Origin: Girardia tigrina
Lineage: Eukaryota
Length of the DNA: 56,529 nt
Direction of reading: 5' to 3'
NCBI GenBank assembly: GCA_001938485.1
Contig: MQRK01201683.1
Coordinates: 1-56,529 of the forward strand
Shown here: positions 1 to 12,068 of the stretch, in pieces
How positions within the stretch are numbered: the first letter of the stretch is position 1
Layout of the letters: every line of letters begins with the position of its first letter
Position numbers and translations under genes: made by a program
The notes under the pieces: generated by a model
Told to the model about the DNA's origin: nothing
Database searches by the model: none
What the model saw: the letters and a program-made list of their open reading frames with translations, nothing else

Positions 1-795
1 TCACCGGGTGGCATCAATTCATGGTGGATAATTCCTCTGTGATTCCACCAAATGCACAAAAGAACTTTTTTCCCATGGAGATTAGGCTTAGGTGTGTGTG
101 TAGGGGATGCACCTACTGACAACCATTGTTTTTTCATACAGGGATTCTCATAGAGAACCCATTTCTCATCTCCTGTGACAATTCGATGCAGGAATGGGTC
201 TGTGAGATTCCGATTTAAAAGAATTCCGCAAATCGATGATCGTTGAGATTTGTTAACATTGGTGAGTTTGTGGGGAACCCATTTTCCCGCTCTCTGAACT
301 TTTCCAATAACTTTAAGATGACGCTGAACTGTAGACCAGGGAGCTCCCAATCTGCACGATATTTCCTCAATGGATTGAGTTGGATCCTCCTCCACTATAG
401 CCAATAATTGTTTCTCATCGAAATGTGACGGTCGGCCATTTTTGGAATCATCTTCTAAATTTTCCTTGCCTCCCTTGAATTTGGCAAACCATCGCTGACA
501 TTTGCGCACAGTCAGAGATTTCGGATATACTTTATTTATGCCATAGGTGGCCTCTGTTGACTTTAAACCGCGGTCAAATTGAAAAAGTATACAATGACGC
601 AAATGTGACTCATCCAATTTGTCTATTACCTCAATAAAATCATATGACATTTTATCTAAAAATAGGTACAAATCAAAGTTAATACACTAACTGAAATTAA
701 TAAATAAAAATGGTAGAGTCAAAATAATGTAGGCGGCAGTTAAACGATTTAGAAAAATATATCAAAAAAACGACATAACATTTGGGTACCCCTAA
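1..795 (-). mobile_element. Decayed mariner DNA transposon, 5' part (runs off window start)
   Basis: Minus-strand translation of 1-90 gives PNLHGKKVLLCIWWNHRGIIHHELMPPG (mariner DDD domain). TIR-like end TTAGGGGTACCCAAATGTTATGTCG at 771-795, flanked by TA (796-797). Confidence 0.85.
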
Positions 796-1254
796 TAATA
801 AATAATGTACCAAGTTTGAGACTTTTATCCCATTTTTATAAATTTTACTGTACAATGTTTATATTCTGACGATGAAATCAATTATTTTTGAACAGCTTGG
901 AAAGAATGAAGAAATTCAAAACGAAATGTATTTTTTCAGTGTGTGATTGTTTTGCATTGACCCAATGTGTTATTATACTAATATTATTATACTGGTGTGC
1001 TGTTAGTTGTCATCTTTATCATATGTCTCCGTTACCTTGTAAAGTACGGAACGAGAAAGAAAACATATTGTTTTCTCAAATGACAATTGACAGCTACTAA
1101 TGGTTGGTTTGCGAGAATGGAAATGATTGCATTTAGTACATTATTTAATAATTTTAAGAAAAAGTGAAATAAAATTATTGTAATATAATAATTGGATAAA
1201 TTTTATTTATTTTTGGAAAGTTTCCATATAGTGTACTATCTTAGTGCATTTTGT

Positions 1255-1292
1255 GACCTGCTGATGAGATACTTATTATCTCAAAACATGTC
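1255..1292 (+). ncRNA. Degenerate minimal hammerhead ribozyme-like motif (Penelope pLTR type)
   Basis: CTGATGA, a GAT/ATC stem, then AAAAC-ATGT-C. The G of GAAA is lost and stem I is not evident; the palindromic ACATGT stem III is retained. Confidence 0.4.
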
Positions 1293-1336
1293 CTCTTATT
1301 TTTAACCCTTTTATATATATTTTACAGTACAATGTA

Positions 1337-1338
<2 letters not shown>

Positions 1339-1375
<37 letters not shown>
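1339..1375. repeat. (TA)n microsatellite
   Basis: Seen directly. Similar tracts at 37030-37064, 42475-42498 and 53732-53751. Confidence 0.95.
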
Positions 1376-1378
<3 letters not shown>

Positions 1379-1505
1379 CATATTTTTGTTAATTAATTGT
1401 TAAAAGTTGTTCTAATAAAAAAAATCCAGTAAAGCGGAAACTCCACACAAATTTTTAAAAAAATATTGATTGAATTTGAAATACCATTTGATTTAATTTA
1501 TTAAC

Positions 1506-1836
1506 ATGAGCAACGCGAACACTCCATACCTAAAACAACTTAAAATCAAAACCGGTAATGTTAAAAGAAGTGTTAAAGAACATAAAATGTATGAATGTGA
1601 AATAGACAGACAAAACGAAAAGATTCGAGAAACGGTTGTAGAAAACCAAGACGCATTGCAAAATGTTGGAAGACTTGCAGCAAATGGTACCTGATTTTAA
1701 GACAAAATTGACGAATTCCATCTTCGATTTGGAGTACATTATCCAGGATTCCGAGTTTCATTTAGCGGAGAAGACGGAATTGGATAGAATCTATGTTTAC
1801 TACAATAAAGTAATTGGTGAATGTTTTGTACCTTAA
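1506..1836 (+). pseudogene. TBCA: Tubulin-specific chaperone A-like pseudogene, intronless and frameshifted
   Basis: LKQLKIKTGNVKRSVKEHKMYECE resembles TBCA RQIKIKTGVVKRLVKEKVMYEKE. After a frameshift near 1660 it continues MLEDLQQMVPDFKTKLTNSIFDLEYII (cf. ILQESRMMIPDCQRRL). Confidence 0.85.
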
Positions 1837-3962
1837 TCGATCCCAGACGACAATAGAGAACAAGAAACGATCCTCGGAAGGGCCAAAATTAATGATTGAT
1901 TGAAAAATCCATAACAATTATTACAAACTTTATTATATACTAAAACCTAGAGATAACTATTTCTTCATGTGATTTTTTTGTTAGTGAACTTGTAACTTTA
2001 ACATTACAGAGACCTCTTGTAGAACTCAGATCAATGTTTATTATTGTACGGACCTCAAAACTTCTCCCAGCTCTTTCCTTATCTAAAACTTATACTAAAA
2101 CAATTGATATACTAAAAAATTATAAATAAATAAGACATCTATTCCAAATATATAAATATAATAATATTTTTATTAAACATTTTAGATAATTATTCAGTTA
2201 AAAGTTGATTTATTAAAGGAAATACCTCAAAATTTATAAGAATAAACAAAAAAAATTTTATTTCATTAATTTTCAAGTGGATTTTGCTTAAGAAAGTCTT
2301 TAATGAATGTAAAACTTAATTGAGTCTTTCGTCCAAACATTTTATCTCCTTTTTATTGGAAACTCACAAGCGTAAACATTAGAAGATAGAGACTCCAGAA
2401 TAAATCTTATTCAATTATTTAATATAGAACAAAAATTGTTTACGTCACAAAATAAATAATTAAAACTAAGAAAATCGCTTTTGTGTTTAAAGGTTACAAC
2501 AAAATCTAATTATAAAGGGACAAAATTCAGAATAAATAATTTCAGCCGAAAGATTTGATAAATTTTGCCGATCGTTCGTCGCTCTTGAAAAATATAAAAA
2601 TATATTTCTTTTTTACTGTCTATAAAAATATAATAAAATTATAAACAGTCAATTAAAAATTATCTTTTTTAAAATTAGACAATTAAATTCCAATTGTGGG
2701 CTTGATAACTCTTCTTTATTTTACTTTAACGTTTCTAATATCATTTGTAGATTGCTTGGAAACTCTTGTTATCATTTATATTTGTTTGTTGGTGATTGAA
2801 GTCTTGTACATCGTTCCTGTTCCCCATCATTAGGATCACAGTTTTTTGGTTCCTTATGTCGTACACGGCATTCGTTGCGACGATTCGGCACAGCTTGGAA
2901 CACTTTAGTCTAGAAACCAACTATAGTTTTCCAGGGACACCACTTGGAGGTATGTTTTGACTGACTCGCGCAGATTGCCGAAGCAACTGATAACCATTTT
3001 TTAAGTTTAAAATCAGTTCCAGTAATGCAATCCACACCTCTGATTTTATTATGAAAAGAACTAATTCGTTTAAATCCGCAAAGTGATTCATCCAATTGTT
3101 GAGGATTTCTGTTATTGATATATTCTTATAAAAAAACAAATAATATAAAATCTTTATTTATATTTATATAAATTTACAAAATAAATAACACAGAAAGTTT
3201 TATTACAACGTTAAGGCCCCTGGCCGATTTTATACTTACTGAGAACATTTTGCAGTTACTCAGTTTTAATAAAGAATTTATATATTTTCTCGATTGTACT
3301 ATATATTTCCAATATAGCTGTTTTTATTTATTGCGCCATATATTTTCAATATAGCAGTTTGTTCTTTCTTTAGAATTAAATAGATATATTTTCAATATCT
3401 AATAAAAAATATGTGTATTTTATAAAATTTTTTCACTTTTTATAGTACTTCTCCTCATTGATTTTTACCGATTAAAGGTCAGTTCATTTTGATGCAAATA
3501 CAAAATTACGTAGCTTTACTTCTGACCATCGTATTTCATGACGCTGGCATTTACAAATAACACAGCCTACGTCGATAAATAATAAATCACCTTTATTTCC
3601 ATTTAAGGACAAATTATTTAAAACTTTTTGTACTTTTTAATTAATTTTTAATTAATTTCTTAAATAATTAATAATAACTAACTTTTAAATTATTTAAATT
3701 ATTTTAATTCTTTATCATTTCTTGACTTTTATCTTTCCTCTGATATCTTGATTTTATTATTTTATTTAGCTGTTTATATAAAAATAAGATTTTACTTTTA
3801 TTAAACATAAGTATTCCACCTATGAAAACATAAATATTTATCATTATTATTTATTTACAAAATACACTAACTATAGATTTTAAAATATAACCTCAACACA
3901 GTTATACTAAAGTATTTTGATATAAGATGTAAGTAATGCAATGGTCATGTGACTGAATTTAT

Positions 3963-4051
3963 TAAATCACTGAACTAAGAACATGAAAAAGAGTAACGAA
4001 ACGTCTGCTTATAAAATTTGAAATTATTATTTAATGTTTATGTTTTATTTA
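3963..4051 (+). repeat. Left copy of ~89-bp direct repeat flanking the H2B/RTE cassette
   Basis: TAAATCACTGAACTAAGAACATG...TGTTTTATTTA recurs at 4778-4867 with about 4 differences. Confidence 0.95.
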
Positions 4052-4083
4052 AGTTTTATTTTTACTGTCGAATCACAAATTGT

Positions 4084-4099
4084 GGCCCTAAAGAGGGCC
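4084..4099 (-). promoter_or_regulatory. Replication-dependent histone 3' stem-loop
   Basis: Minus strand reads GGCCCT-CTTT-AGGGCC followed by ACA (6-bp stem, 4-nt loop), directly 3' of the H2B coding remnant. Confidence 0.92.
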
Positions 4100-4597
4100 G
4101 TATATTTTTCTCGGTTTGCGGCGTTCTTAGCCAACTCTCCCGGTAGTGGCAGTTTTACTCCCGTCTGGATCTCTCTGCTCGTGATCGTCGACTTTTTGTT
4201 GTAATGCGCCAATCGACTGGCCTCATTTTCAATCCGCTCAAACACATCGTTCACAAAACCGTTTTTTGATCAACATGGGTTTGTCGGAGATGCCAGTGTC
4301 TGGGTGCACCTGTCGCAGGAAGAATTCTATCATTTGTCTTTCTTCTTCGGTTTTCGATTCGGGAATTGATTGAGATATTAGAGATTCTTGGATTTTCTTC
4401 AATAATTTTGATTTTAATGTCGTTCGAGCCGACTTTGCCGATATCAAAGAAGAAGCAGTGCATCGCGTACTCTGATAATTGACAAATCTCTTGTCGAATA
4501 TCGTTACTATATTCTTCGGTTTTATGTTCTTGTTTTTGACTTTAGATTTCTCTAAAATTCTCGGATTCGATTTCGGTGCATGAGATTCACTTTTCAT
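4100..4597 (-). pseudogene. H2B: Histone H2B pseudogene with long N-terminal extension; frameshifted, C-terminus deleted
   Basis: LRQVHPDTGIS and [42 protein letters not shown] lie in two frames. The terminal VSEGTKAVTKYT helix is absent. Confidence 0.92.
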
Positions 4598-4683
4598 TTA
4601 TTTTATTTTCAATAACAATAAAAAAATCGATATTCGAATAATTTTTGTTTGCAACAAAAATTCTCACAATAAAAGCTCCCTGT

Positions 4684-4772
4684 CTTTCTATTTGACCTCA
4701 GCCGTTCGGCCATGGATGTACCCCATTATAAACAAGCCTTCGCCACAACTCTCTATTTGTAGCTTCTTTTCT
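4684..4772 (-). mobile_element. 5'-truncated 3' end of the RTE LINE family found at 29096-30798
   Basis: Reverse complement AGAAAAGAAGCTACAAATAGAGAGTTGTGGCGAAGGCTTGTTTATAATGGGGTACATCCATGGCCGAACGGCTGAGGTCAAA aligns to 30703-30785. Confidence 0.9.
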
Positions 4773-4777
4773 TTATA

Positions 4778-4867
4778 TAAATCACTGAACTAAGAACATG
4801 AAAAAAGAGTAACGAAACGTTTGCTTATAAAATTTGAAATTATTGTTTAATTTTTATGTTTTATTTA
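4778..4867 (+). repeat. Right copy of ~89-bp direct repeat
   Basis: Matches 3963-4051. Confidence 0.95.
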
Positions 4868-5768
4868 TATATTTTTTTACTTCTAGTTATTATAATAGAA
4901 ACAAAGTTATGATTAACATAATTTGCAATATATAAAAACTAAAAGTATAAATTATATAATTCGTAATTGAAACAAAAGATTAGATCTAAAAAATTTATAG
5001 TATAAAAATTAATTGAAGATAATGTATTTTTATTTTATAAATTAAAATTAATTATAAATTATTTCAATACTAAATAATAACTTATTCCTTATATTCTGAA
5101 AAAGTAAAATATTATTAATGTAATAATTTTAAAATAAACCCAAATTAAAATTAATAATATACAAAACAGTATTTTTAAAAGTAATTTTTATGTCTTTAAA
5201 ATATGTAATCTATTTTTAATAAAATAAATTTATATTTTATTTGGTTTATTTTGATTTTTAAAAAAAACTAAAAAAATTAAGAAATATTATAACAATAAAT
5301 TAGAATTAGTTTGAAAAGAAATTTTACATTTTATTTGAGTATGTAAAAGTATTAAAATATTATTAAATCTGTTTAAAAAGCTCCAATGGAAGATCTCTTG
5401 AGAATCATACGATACGTTTCCTTTATTTTCTTGGCAAACCTCTTATTTCTATTAAAGGGTCTCAATTTTGAATGAAGAATTTTTAATTACAATTCATTTT
5501 CTAAAGATTTTATTTATTTAATAGAATATTACTTACATCAGACAATTTGTGCATTATTATATTCTAATAAATTTCCATTTAATGTTAAATAAATTTTTCT
5601 AAATATATTTAATAAATATAATAGATACTAATAAACAAAATACATATATAATAATTAATAACATGAAAAATCATTTGATAGTTTTAACAGTGAACAACAA
5701 AAAAATAATCTGAATAACCATTTATTATTTCACTAAAATTCACCGCGTGTTTCGTTCTATTTCGTTAT

Positions 5769-6169
5769 TATTAAGAACATTAATTGGGTTTTCTTTACAT
5801 TTATTATTATCACAATTTGAATTGCCACTAGAACAATTCTCCGTAAAACTTGCGTAGCTCGTCATCGTTCTTGATTGGTAATCTTTCATAATATTCTTTA
5901 ACGTCTTATTATTCAAACAAATTTAAATTACAATTTAATTATTACAAAAATAATTTATACTTTAAATTTAAAATATTTTCTATTTATTTTAAGAAAATAT
6001 TATTTATGAAATATTAGTTTAATTTGAAAGTGATTATTTAAATTTTAATAATTGATTGAACATCCCGACGTTTTAAAATATTAATCTACCATCTGGGTGG
6101 GAGAAACACAATCCTAAAACAACATACCAACCAACGCACAATAAACACCATTCAAAAATATTCCTTACA
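5769..6169 (-). mobile_element. Solo-LTR-like element, TG...TA family (copy A)
   Basis: Perfect 5-bp TSD GTTAT (5764-5768 / 6170-6174). Minus strand starts TGTAAGGAA and ends TTAATA. Close relative of 23932-24391. Confidence 0.85.
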
Positions 6170-6399
6170 GTTATAATTTCGTTAAATTTTCAGTTAGTTA
6201 ATACACAATCAACTGTTGAGGTATATATAATTTTCAATGAAGTTGCCTTAAAAAATTTTTGTGAGACTTTATTCAAAATAATTGAAAGAGACCAAATTAA
6301 GAATTCTCAGCCTAGTTAAATAATTAATTTACCTGTAGATAAAAAGTGGAGGATAAAATGTAGTTGTATATTAAGATTAAAAATTCTTTCAAACTTTAT

Positions 6400-6760
6400 T
6401 CTGAAGAATTCAAACATGTAAAGAATTTTATTCTTCAATCAATAAATAATCTTTTAATTTTAAAAATTATGTCTGAGTCATTTAAAGTTGAAAATGTGTT
6501 TAGTAATAAATCACGTACACATTTGAGTTTGTGTTCTAACGTTTTTTATGGGTATACATGTAATGGATACAATGTCACATGTATTGGAGAGACTTCCTGT
6601 TACTCTGAAAATGATTCCAAGAACAAGCTTGTTGAAGGATTAAGAGTTATATTGCTTATCATAGGAAAATTTGTGCATATAAATTGAGTATAAATGATTT
6701 TAAAATACTGGTCAAGCACTTAAAAAATTAGAGGGTGTGCTGTGAAGTTTTTCAAATAAT
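6400..6760 (+). mobile_element. Penelope-like element relic (GIY-YIG region)
   Basis: KVENVFSNKSRTHLSLCSNVFYGYTCNGYNVTCIGETS parallels the better-preserved copy at 12464-12730. Confidence 0.7.
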
Positions 6761-6791
6761 ATCTGGATGAAAACCGCGTCTCTATACTAGA

Positions 6792-7094
6792 CTTTTTTTA
6801 CTTAAATTGTTGACTAATAATTTGCGTAAATCGTCTGACACGATTCCGTTGACGATGTCCGTACAACATTTCGCCGCGTTATCCATTGATGTAAATTGAT
6901 GAAAATTTACTAATTTGATTTCTGAGACGAGTTTTTTTAGATTTCATTCTTTTAATAAATTAAGGAAATCGTCGGTCGATTTGCAATTTTTCGTGAGTAA
7001 TAAAGCATAATCGAGTGCTTGTTCGATGAGAATAAAAATTTTACCCCTTTTTTTAATATTATAGAAAACACGATTTATTGGAGTTATTTACCAT
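6792..7094 (-). pseudogene. NOP56: NOP56-like 5' gene fragment (N-terminal NOP5NT domain) with in-frame stop
   Basis: My translation: KIFILIEQALDYALLLTKNCKSTDDFLNLLKE*NLKKLVSEIKLVNFHQFTSMDNAAKCCTDIVNGIVSDDLRKLLVNNLSKK, versus NOP56 HVLFEHAVGYALL...VRLVAFCPF...VSEGVVHEDLRLLLETHLPSKK. ATG at 7094-7092 is followed by a ~45-nt GT..AG intron. TGA at 6946-6944. Not in the ORF track. Confidence 0.75.
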
Positions 7095-8351
7095 CAGAAA
7101 GAAATCGAGATCGTTTTTAACAAATTTTATTTTTATTTAAAAAACTTGAATAAACTTTTTTTTATTTTTACGAAAATTGTGATTAAATTTCATCGAACAA
7201 AGACACTCTTACACATAAATATTATACACACTCAAACATCCAATCAAATTTCCTTATTTTTCATTTTTATTGGACAGACAGACACATTTAATCACATTTA
7301 AACACACATACGATCTATCAACACATTTACATTTACACACATACATGATTACATAATTTACAATTATGTCATGATTTGATGACTAATAATCACCAAATAA
7401 ATTCCCAAATTAAAATAAATAAAAAAACCAAATTGAAAAAAGATCCACCAAAAAAAGACGAAACAGAAAACCAATAATTAAAATATTGCGCCAAAATGAA
7501 CCAATATATATCTGTCACAAAATTGATAAAAATACACTTAAATCGATTTCACGACAATAACACAACCAAATAAATTTTATTTCAACAAAATGATCGAACA
7601 CTTCTTTTTGATAATTAATAACTCGATGTATTGGTTCTCTCCTTTCATTATTTAAGTTAATTACTTTTCTTAATTATTTAATTTTATATTATTTTTAATT
7701 ATTTAATTTCATTATTTTTATTAATTATAATTTTTTTATAATTTATTTATGTATTTTTCCTAAAATGGCAAAATGTTCGGTTAAAGTAACAAATTTTCCG
7801 TTCCAATATCTTTTAATACTAAAATCAATGTTCAAATGACACTCTCAACCAATTTGTTAAGAGTTTTAGATTAATTTAATGAAATAGATTATATATTCAC
7901 CCATTTCACATATATAAGCAGGTTTAAAGTTAATAATAAGTGATCTAATGGGGACTGTAAAACCTTCGAATTATATTATCATAAAATATATTTTGAAATG
8001 GTGTTCCTTTTGTTATTTATTATATTTTTTTATTAAAAATAGTAACTTAATTTATTTTAACATGAATATGTTATAATTGAGATTATAAGATGAGTTATGT
8101 CAGGTTGTATTCGAAAGTAGTTCAATTTTTAATTTTTTAACAAACAAAATTCGAAAAAAATTTTTACTTTCTTTAAAAATTTTCACAATCGTTTCGCCGA
8201 TTTATATATTTAAACTTAATGTCAAAACTTAAACATTTCTTCTTTCAAATTTTAAAAATTACATTTCAACAAACTCTTATTTTTTAGAAATTTAAATTTT
8301 GAAAATTGCATTTTAAAAAATTAATTTAAAAAAATTCTTTTACAATAATTT

Positions 8352-9188
8352 TTGTGGATGGCCTTGATCGACTACCGCAGGGTAAAATCCCGATCGGAGC
8401 GGCCGTCTTCGCCCGCACAACCACCAACACGAGGATCGAACTTGAATCTTCAGATTCCGTCAAAACGGGAAACTCGTAAACATGTTCAACAGTGTTTTCG
8501 GCTGATATCGTCCGTCTCCACGAATCCTCTTCGTACCACTTCCGGCAAGATCATCGTCAAAATCTCATCGATTCCAATCTGGATACGCAGGCAATCAATT
8601 TATCGATCTTTCTTCTTCGCTGACCACCGATCGATGACGACAACAAATACTCGAACGATCGGCGATAATTGCCGATCATCTGGTTGATCTTGGCGACGAC
8701 CGATCGATGCAACTCGCTGACACAGTGCACTTTGTCTCGGCTGGATCAACGAACACGAGCACATCGATCGACAAATCGATCTTGTTCGAGTGGCGCATAG
8801 AATCGACCGGGGTGAAAGTGACAATCGGAGTCGTGTGGTTGTCGGACCGGCGCCAGTCACTGTAAGAGAACACAGCGTCCATGGCAACCGGGTCGCTGAT
8901 TGTTGCCGATTGGCGGCCAAGTTTCCCGATTAACTGATCGATCGTCCAATCGCAATTGATTCGATTACTGAAATAAATCGATTTCTTCATCGATAGTTCT
9001 TTGATTCGAAATACGAGTTCGTTTGGGTGAACGAAAATATGATTTTTGCCACTAGAATTTTGATTGTCGTTATCGTTATTGATTTTGTTGTCGTTATTGA
9101 CGAGTTCGAATGAATGGAAACTCATTCGACCAGTTATTCTCAACGGAATGTCGGATCGATTGTGTGACTCGATAAACACCAAATTCAT
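8352..9188 (-). pseudogene. UFSP2: UFSP2-like N-terminal region, multiply frameshifted; catalytic domain not found
   Basis: NELVFRI, TPIV..., LSIDVLVFVDPAET, then in shifted frames ILTMILP and SRKTLLNMFTSFPF*R. These follow the order of UFSP2 NALVFRI, TPII, LPVDAVISVAPEET, LVTISYP, YRKELHDLFNLPHDR. Confidence 0.6.
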
Positions 9189-9936
9189 GGGGAAATTGTG
9201 ATAATCTATTGAAATTGGAAATTATCAAACGATTCAGTTGTCAGACCAAAAGAATAATTAGTTTTCAAAAAAATGTATTTATTTATCTACAATTATTAAA
9301 ACAAATCAGTATTAAAAAATTATTGAATCACAAATTGTTTTTTTTAGTCCGATGACGGGAAACCACTTTTTTTTAGGAAAAATTTTCTCAGTTTTGTTGG
9401 AATGTTGTTAAGTTCGAATTTCGACTTGCCATCATAAATTTATAAATAAGAAATATAGGATTTTATGTATATATATTTAATATTTATAAATACTGATAAA
9501 AATTTGTGTCACTACAATAATAATTACAGTAATAATAATAATAATTACAATAATAATTACTGTAATTTACAGTAATAATTTAAAATTAGAATTCTTAATT
9601 TATAGATTTTTTGTTTTAAAAAATTTATATTTTAAGTTTTAAAATATTTAAATCTCGAACAGTGAAACGAAAATTTACTAATGCACTGTATTCTTAAAAT
9701 ACCAAATACAAAAATACGAGTAAAATGTTTTATCAACAATACCAAATTTGAAAACATTATAAAAGTTCAATAAGTTGTTTAAAGTGCAAAACAAATTTTA
9801 ATTTTTTCTTCTTGTTCAAAAATAGTTTGTCCTTATGGATTTTACGGTGCTGATTTCACATCTATAGTCGTAATTGCCCTATCACATACCATTGCAGAGG
9901 AACTTTTATTTCCAAGATTCTAATCATATATAATTA

Positions 9937-10108
9937 TTGGGTTGACCAAAAAGTCATTGCGTTTTTTACTAAAATATTGATTATCAAAAAATGACATGGA
10001 TGCACAAATATTTTTACACGATATACTGTCCATTATTTTCAATCACTTTCTTCCACCTTTCCGTTAGCTTCATTATTCCTGATTCATAGAAACCTTTGCT
10101 TTTTTGAT
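9937..10108 (-). mobile_element. Mariner 3'-end fragment with TIR
   Basis: TA|TTGGGTTGACCAAAAAGTCATTGCG TIR; minus strand KGFYESGIMKLTERWKKVIENNGQYI. Confidence 0.85.
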
Positions 10109-10109
10109 A

Positions 10110-10900
10110 AGCTGAAAGGTAAGATCAAAGAGATTGTACGCAGTTGTGAATTATGCCAAAAATATAAAATATATACGACCAAGACAAAAGAGAACACGAT
10201 AAAATTAAAAGCTGTCGAGGTTTTTAAATGTATTCATGTGGATATTTGTGGACCGTTGAAAGAGACTTCTGGGATAAATAAATATATTCTAGGCATCATT
10301 GATCAGTTCAGTAAATACATTACGTTATTAGCAATATCGAAACAAGATAATAAAAGTAATAATGTGGAATTGGATACTGAAATTTGGTTCTCCCAAGGCG
10401 ATGAATTGCGGTAAGGTTTTTGAATCAAAAATGATGAAAGAGTTCGCAGAGAAACAGTATTTTGAAATTAGATTCTTCAGACCATATCATCATAACACAA
10501 ACGGACAAATTGAACGACAATTCCGTACTGTGAGAGAAATGATAAATGCAACATTGCATGAAAGAAGAAGTTCAGACTTGGCAGAGATTCTACCGGAGAT
10601 CAAGTTCTTATTAATTGCAACTATTGGGATGAGTCCAGCTGAAATCATTTTCGGAAGACGCATTAGCAGGGAGAAATGGGATGGATAAAATAGCAAAACA
10701 TTTCAATATGAGCGGAACCAGGAGCCTATCACGTGAAGACAATTCTTCCCAGGAGATGAGGTTTTGGTAAAAGTAGAATCTAGAACAAAGATATGACGAA
10801 GAAGATACGAGAAGGAGATATGATGGGCCATATAAAGTCATTCGAAAAGTACATGATATAAGATATGTTCTGGAAGATATGTCTTGTAAAACATGTGAAA
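10110..10900 (+). mobile_element. Gypsy/Ty3 LTR retrotransposon integrase relic
   Basis: CELCQK, IHVDICGPL, IIDQFSKY, PYHHNTNGQIERQFRT, SPAEIIFGR and YDGPYKV (GPY/F) across broken frames. Confidence 0.9.
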
Positions 10901-10994
10901 GTAAATAATTTAAATAAATAATAAATAATTTAAATAATTTATTAAATTTAAAAATTGTATGTGGAGAAAATTAAAGAATTCTTTCGTGAGGGGG

Positions 10995-11231
10995 TGTAAG
11001 AGAGTGTTGTTGTTAATTTTTTTCATTTTCGGAAATAATAATTTTGGTTTTTTAAAAATTTCGAATTATAATCGAAATTAAAAAAAATAATAGAAAATAG
11101 AATTAAGAAAAAGAAAATAAAAAAAGGAAAATTTGTTTAAATAACAAATTTAACCTGTTGTAGTGTTGAATAAATTTTGCAAGTCTTAATTTCATTTTGA
11201 TTTAGAATGGAAGTTAATTCCCAACCTAACA
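10995..11231 (+). mobile_element. Probable 3' LTR of the Gypsy relic (canonical TG...CA)
   Basis: A purine tract GAGGGGG directly precedes TGTAAG; AATAAA near 11169; candidate end CCTAACA. Confidence 0.6.
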
Positions 11232-11711
11232 ATAACCTTTTTATTTTGTTTTAATAATTACTATAAAGTATTTTGTGGAAAAGATATTCAAACATGAAAT
11301 AGTCAGTAAATAACTATCTTGCGTTCATTTTGTTAAAATTTCTTCAAGAAACGTCAGACAGTAAGCTTTAGTTTTAGAATCAGCAAAAAAGCATATCAGA
11401 TTTTTTCCGTTTTGGCTTATGAAATTAGCTATTCAAAGGAGGTTACTTGCAATAACAGTTGTATATTCATGACAAAATCAGACGAATCTACGTTTTTATC
11501 ATTATTTTCTGAATTATTTCATTTTTAAGAAATATTAGAATTAAAGTATAGACAACTTAACCCATGTATGTAGCCAGAGGAAAGCACGAAATAAAATATA
11601 TTTTGAAAATTATACGGATATTTCTTCCTGACCTTAGAGGACTTGCTTATGGCTTCAATTAGACTGACTGTTTCGTTACTTGAATGTTGAAATTCATTTA
11701 AAATTTTAGTC

Positions 11712-12068
11712 TTTAATAAGCATTTTAGTTTTTAATTTACAATTACATTTTTAAATTAATTTAATAATAGTTAAATCCTCAGTGAAGCTTTTATTCATAA
11801 ACATCGTTCTTGATTGAAATGAAAAAAGTGTCTTTTTAATTTTTCTTATTTGAACACAATTATTTAGTTTTAAAATTAATAAATCACTTTACAAATTTTA
11901 ATTTACTTTAGAAATATAATATCAGAAATTGAGATTTAAAATTTTGAGCGAACCATAAGAATTATAAAACTCTTAAAAATATCAATAGACTTTCGTGTAG
12001 GAGAGACGCAATACCAAAAACCACATACCTCATACAACACGCACTGCACCATTCAAAATATTCCTTGA
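11712..12068 (-). mobile_element. Degraded TG...TA family solo LTR (copy B)
   Basis: GTAGGAGAGACGCAATACC...CCATTCAAAATATTCCT at 11997-12065 matches the family core. Ends and TSD are unclear. Confidence 0.6.

Noticed and set aside
866-905. CTGACGA hammerhead-like start
   Set aside because: No GAAA core and no convincing stems; kept only as context.
2008-3125. Exon-like, Cys-rich minus-strand segments (similar at 25440-25860)
   Set aside because: Contain stops and match no family I can recognise.
3990-4008. GAGTAACGAAACGTCTGC resembling a hammerhead 3' half inside the 89-bp repeat
   Set aside because: No CTGANGA or stem II partner upstream, so the repeats cannot be called pLTRs.
5741-6195. 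Possible minus-strand hammerhead split by LTR copy A
   Set aside because: The reconstructed sequence has CTGAAAA and no stem II.
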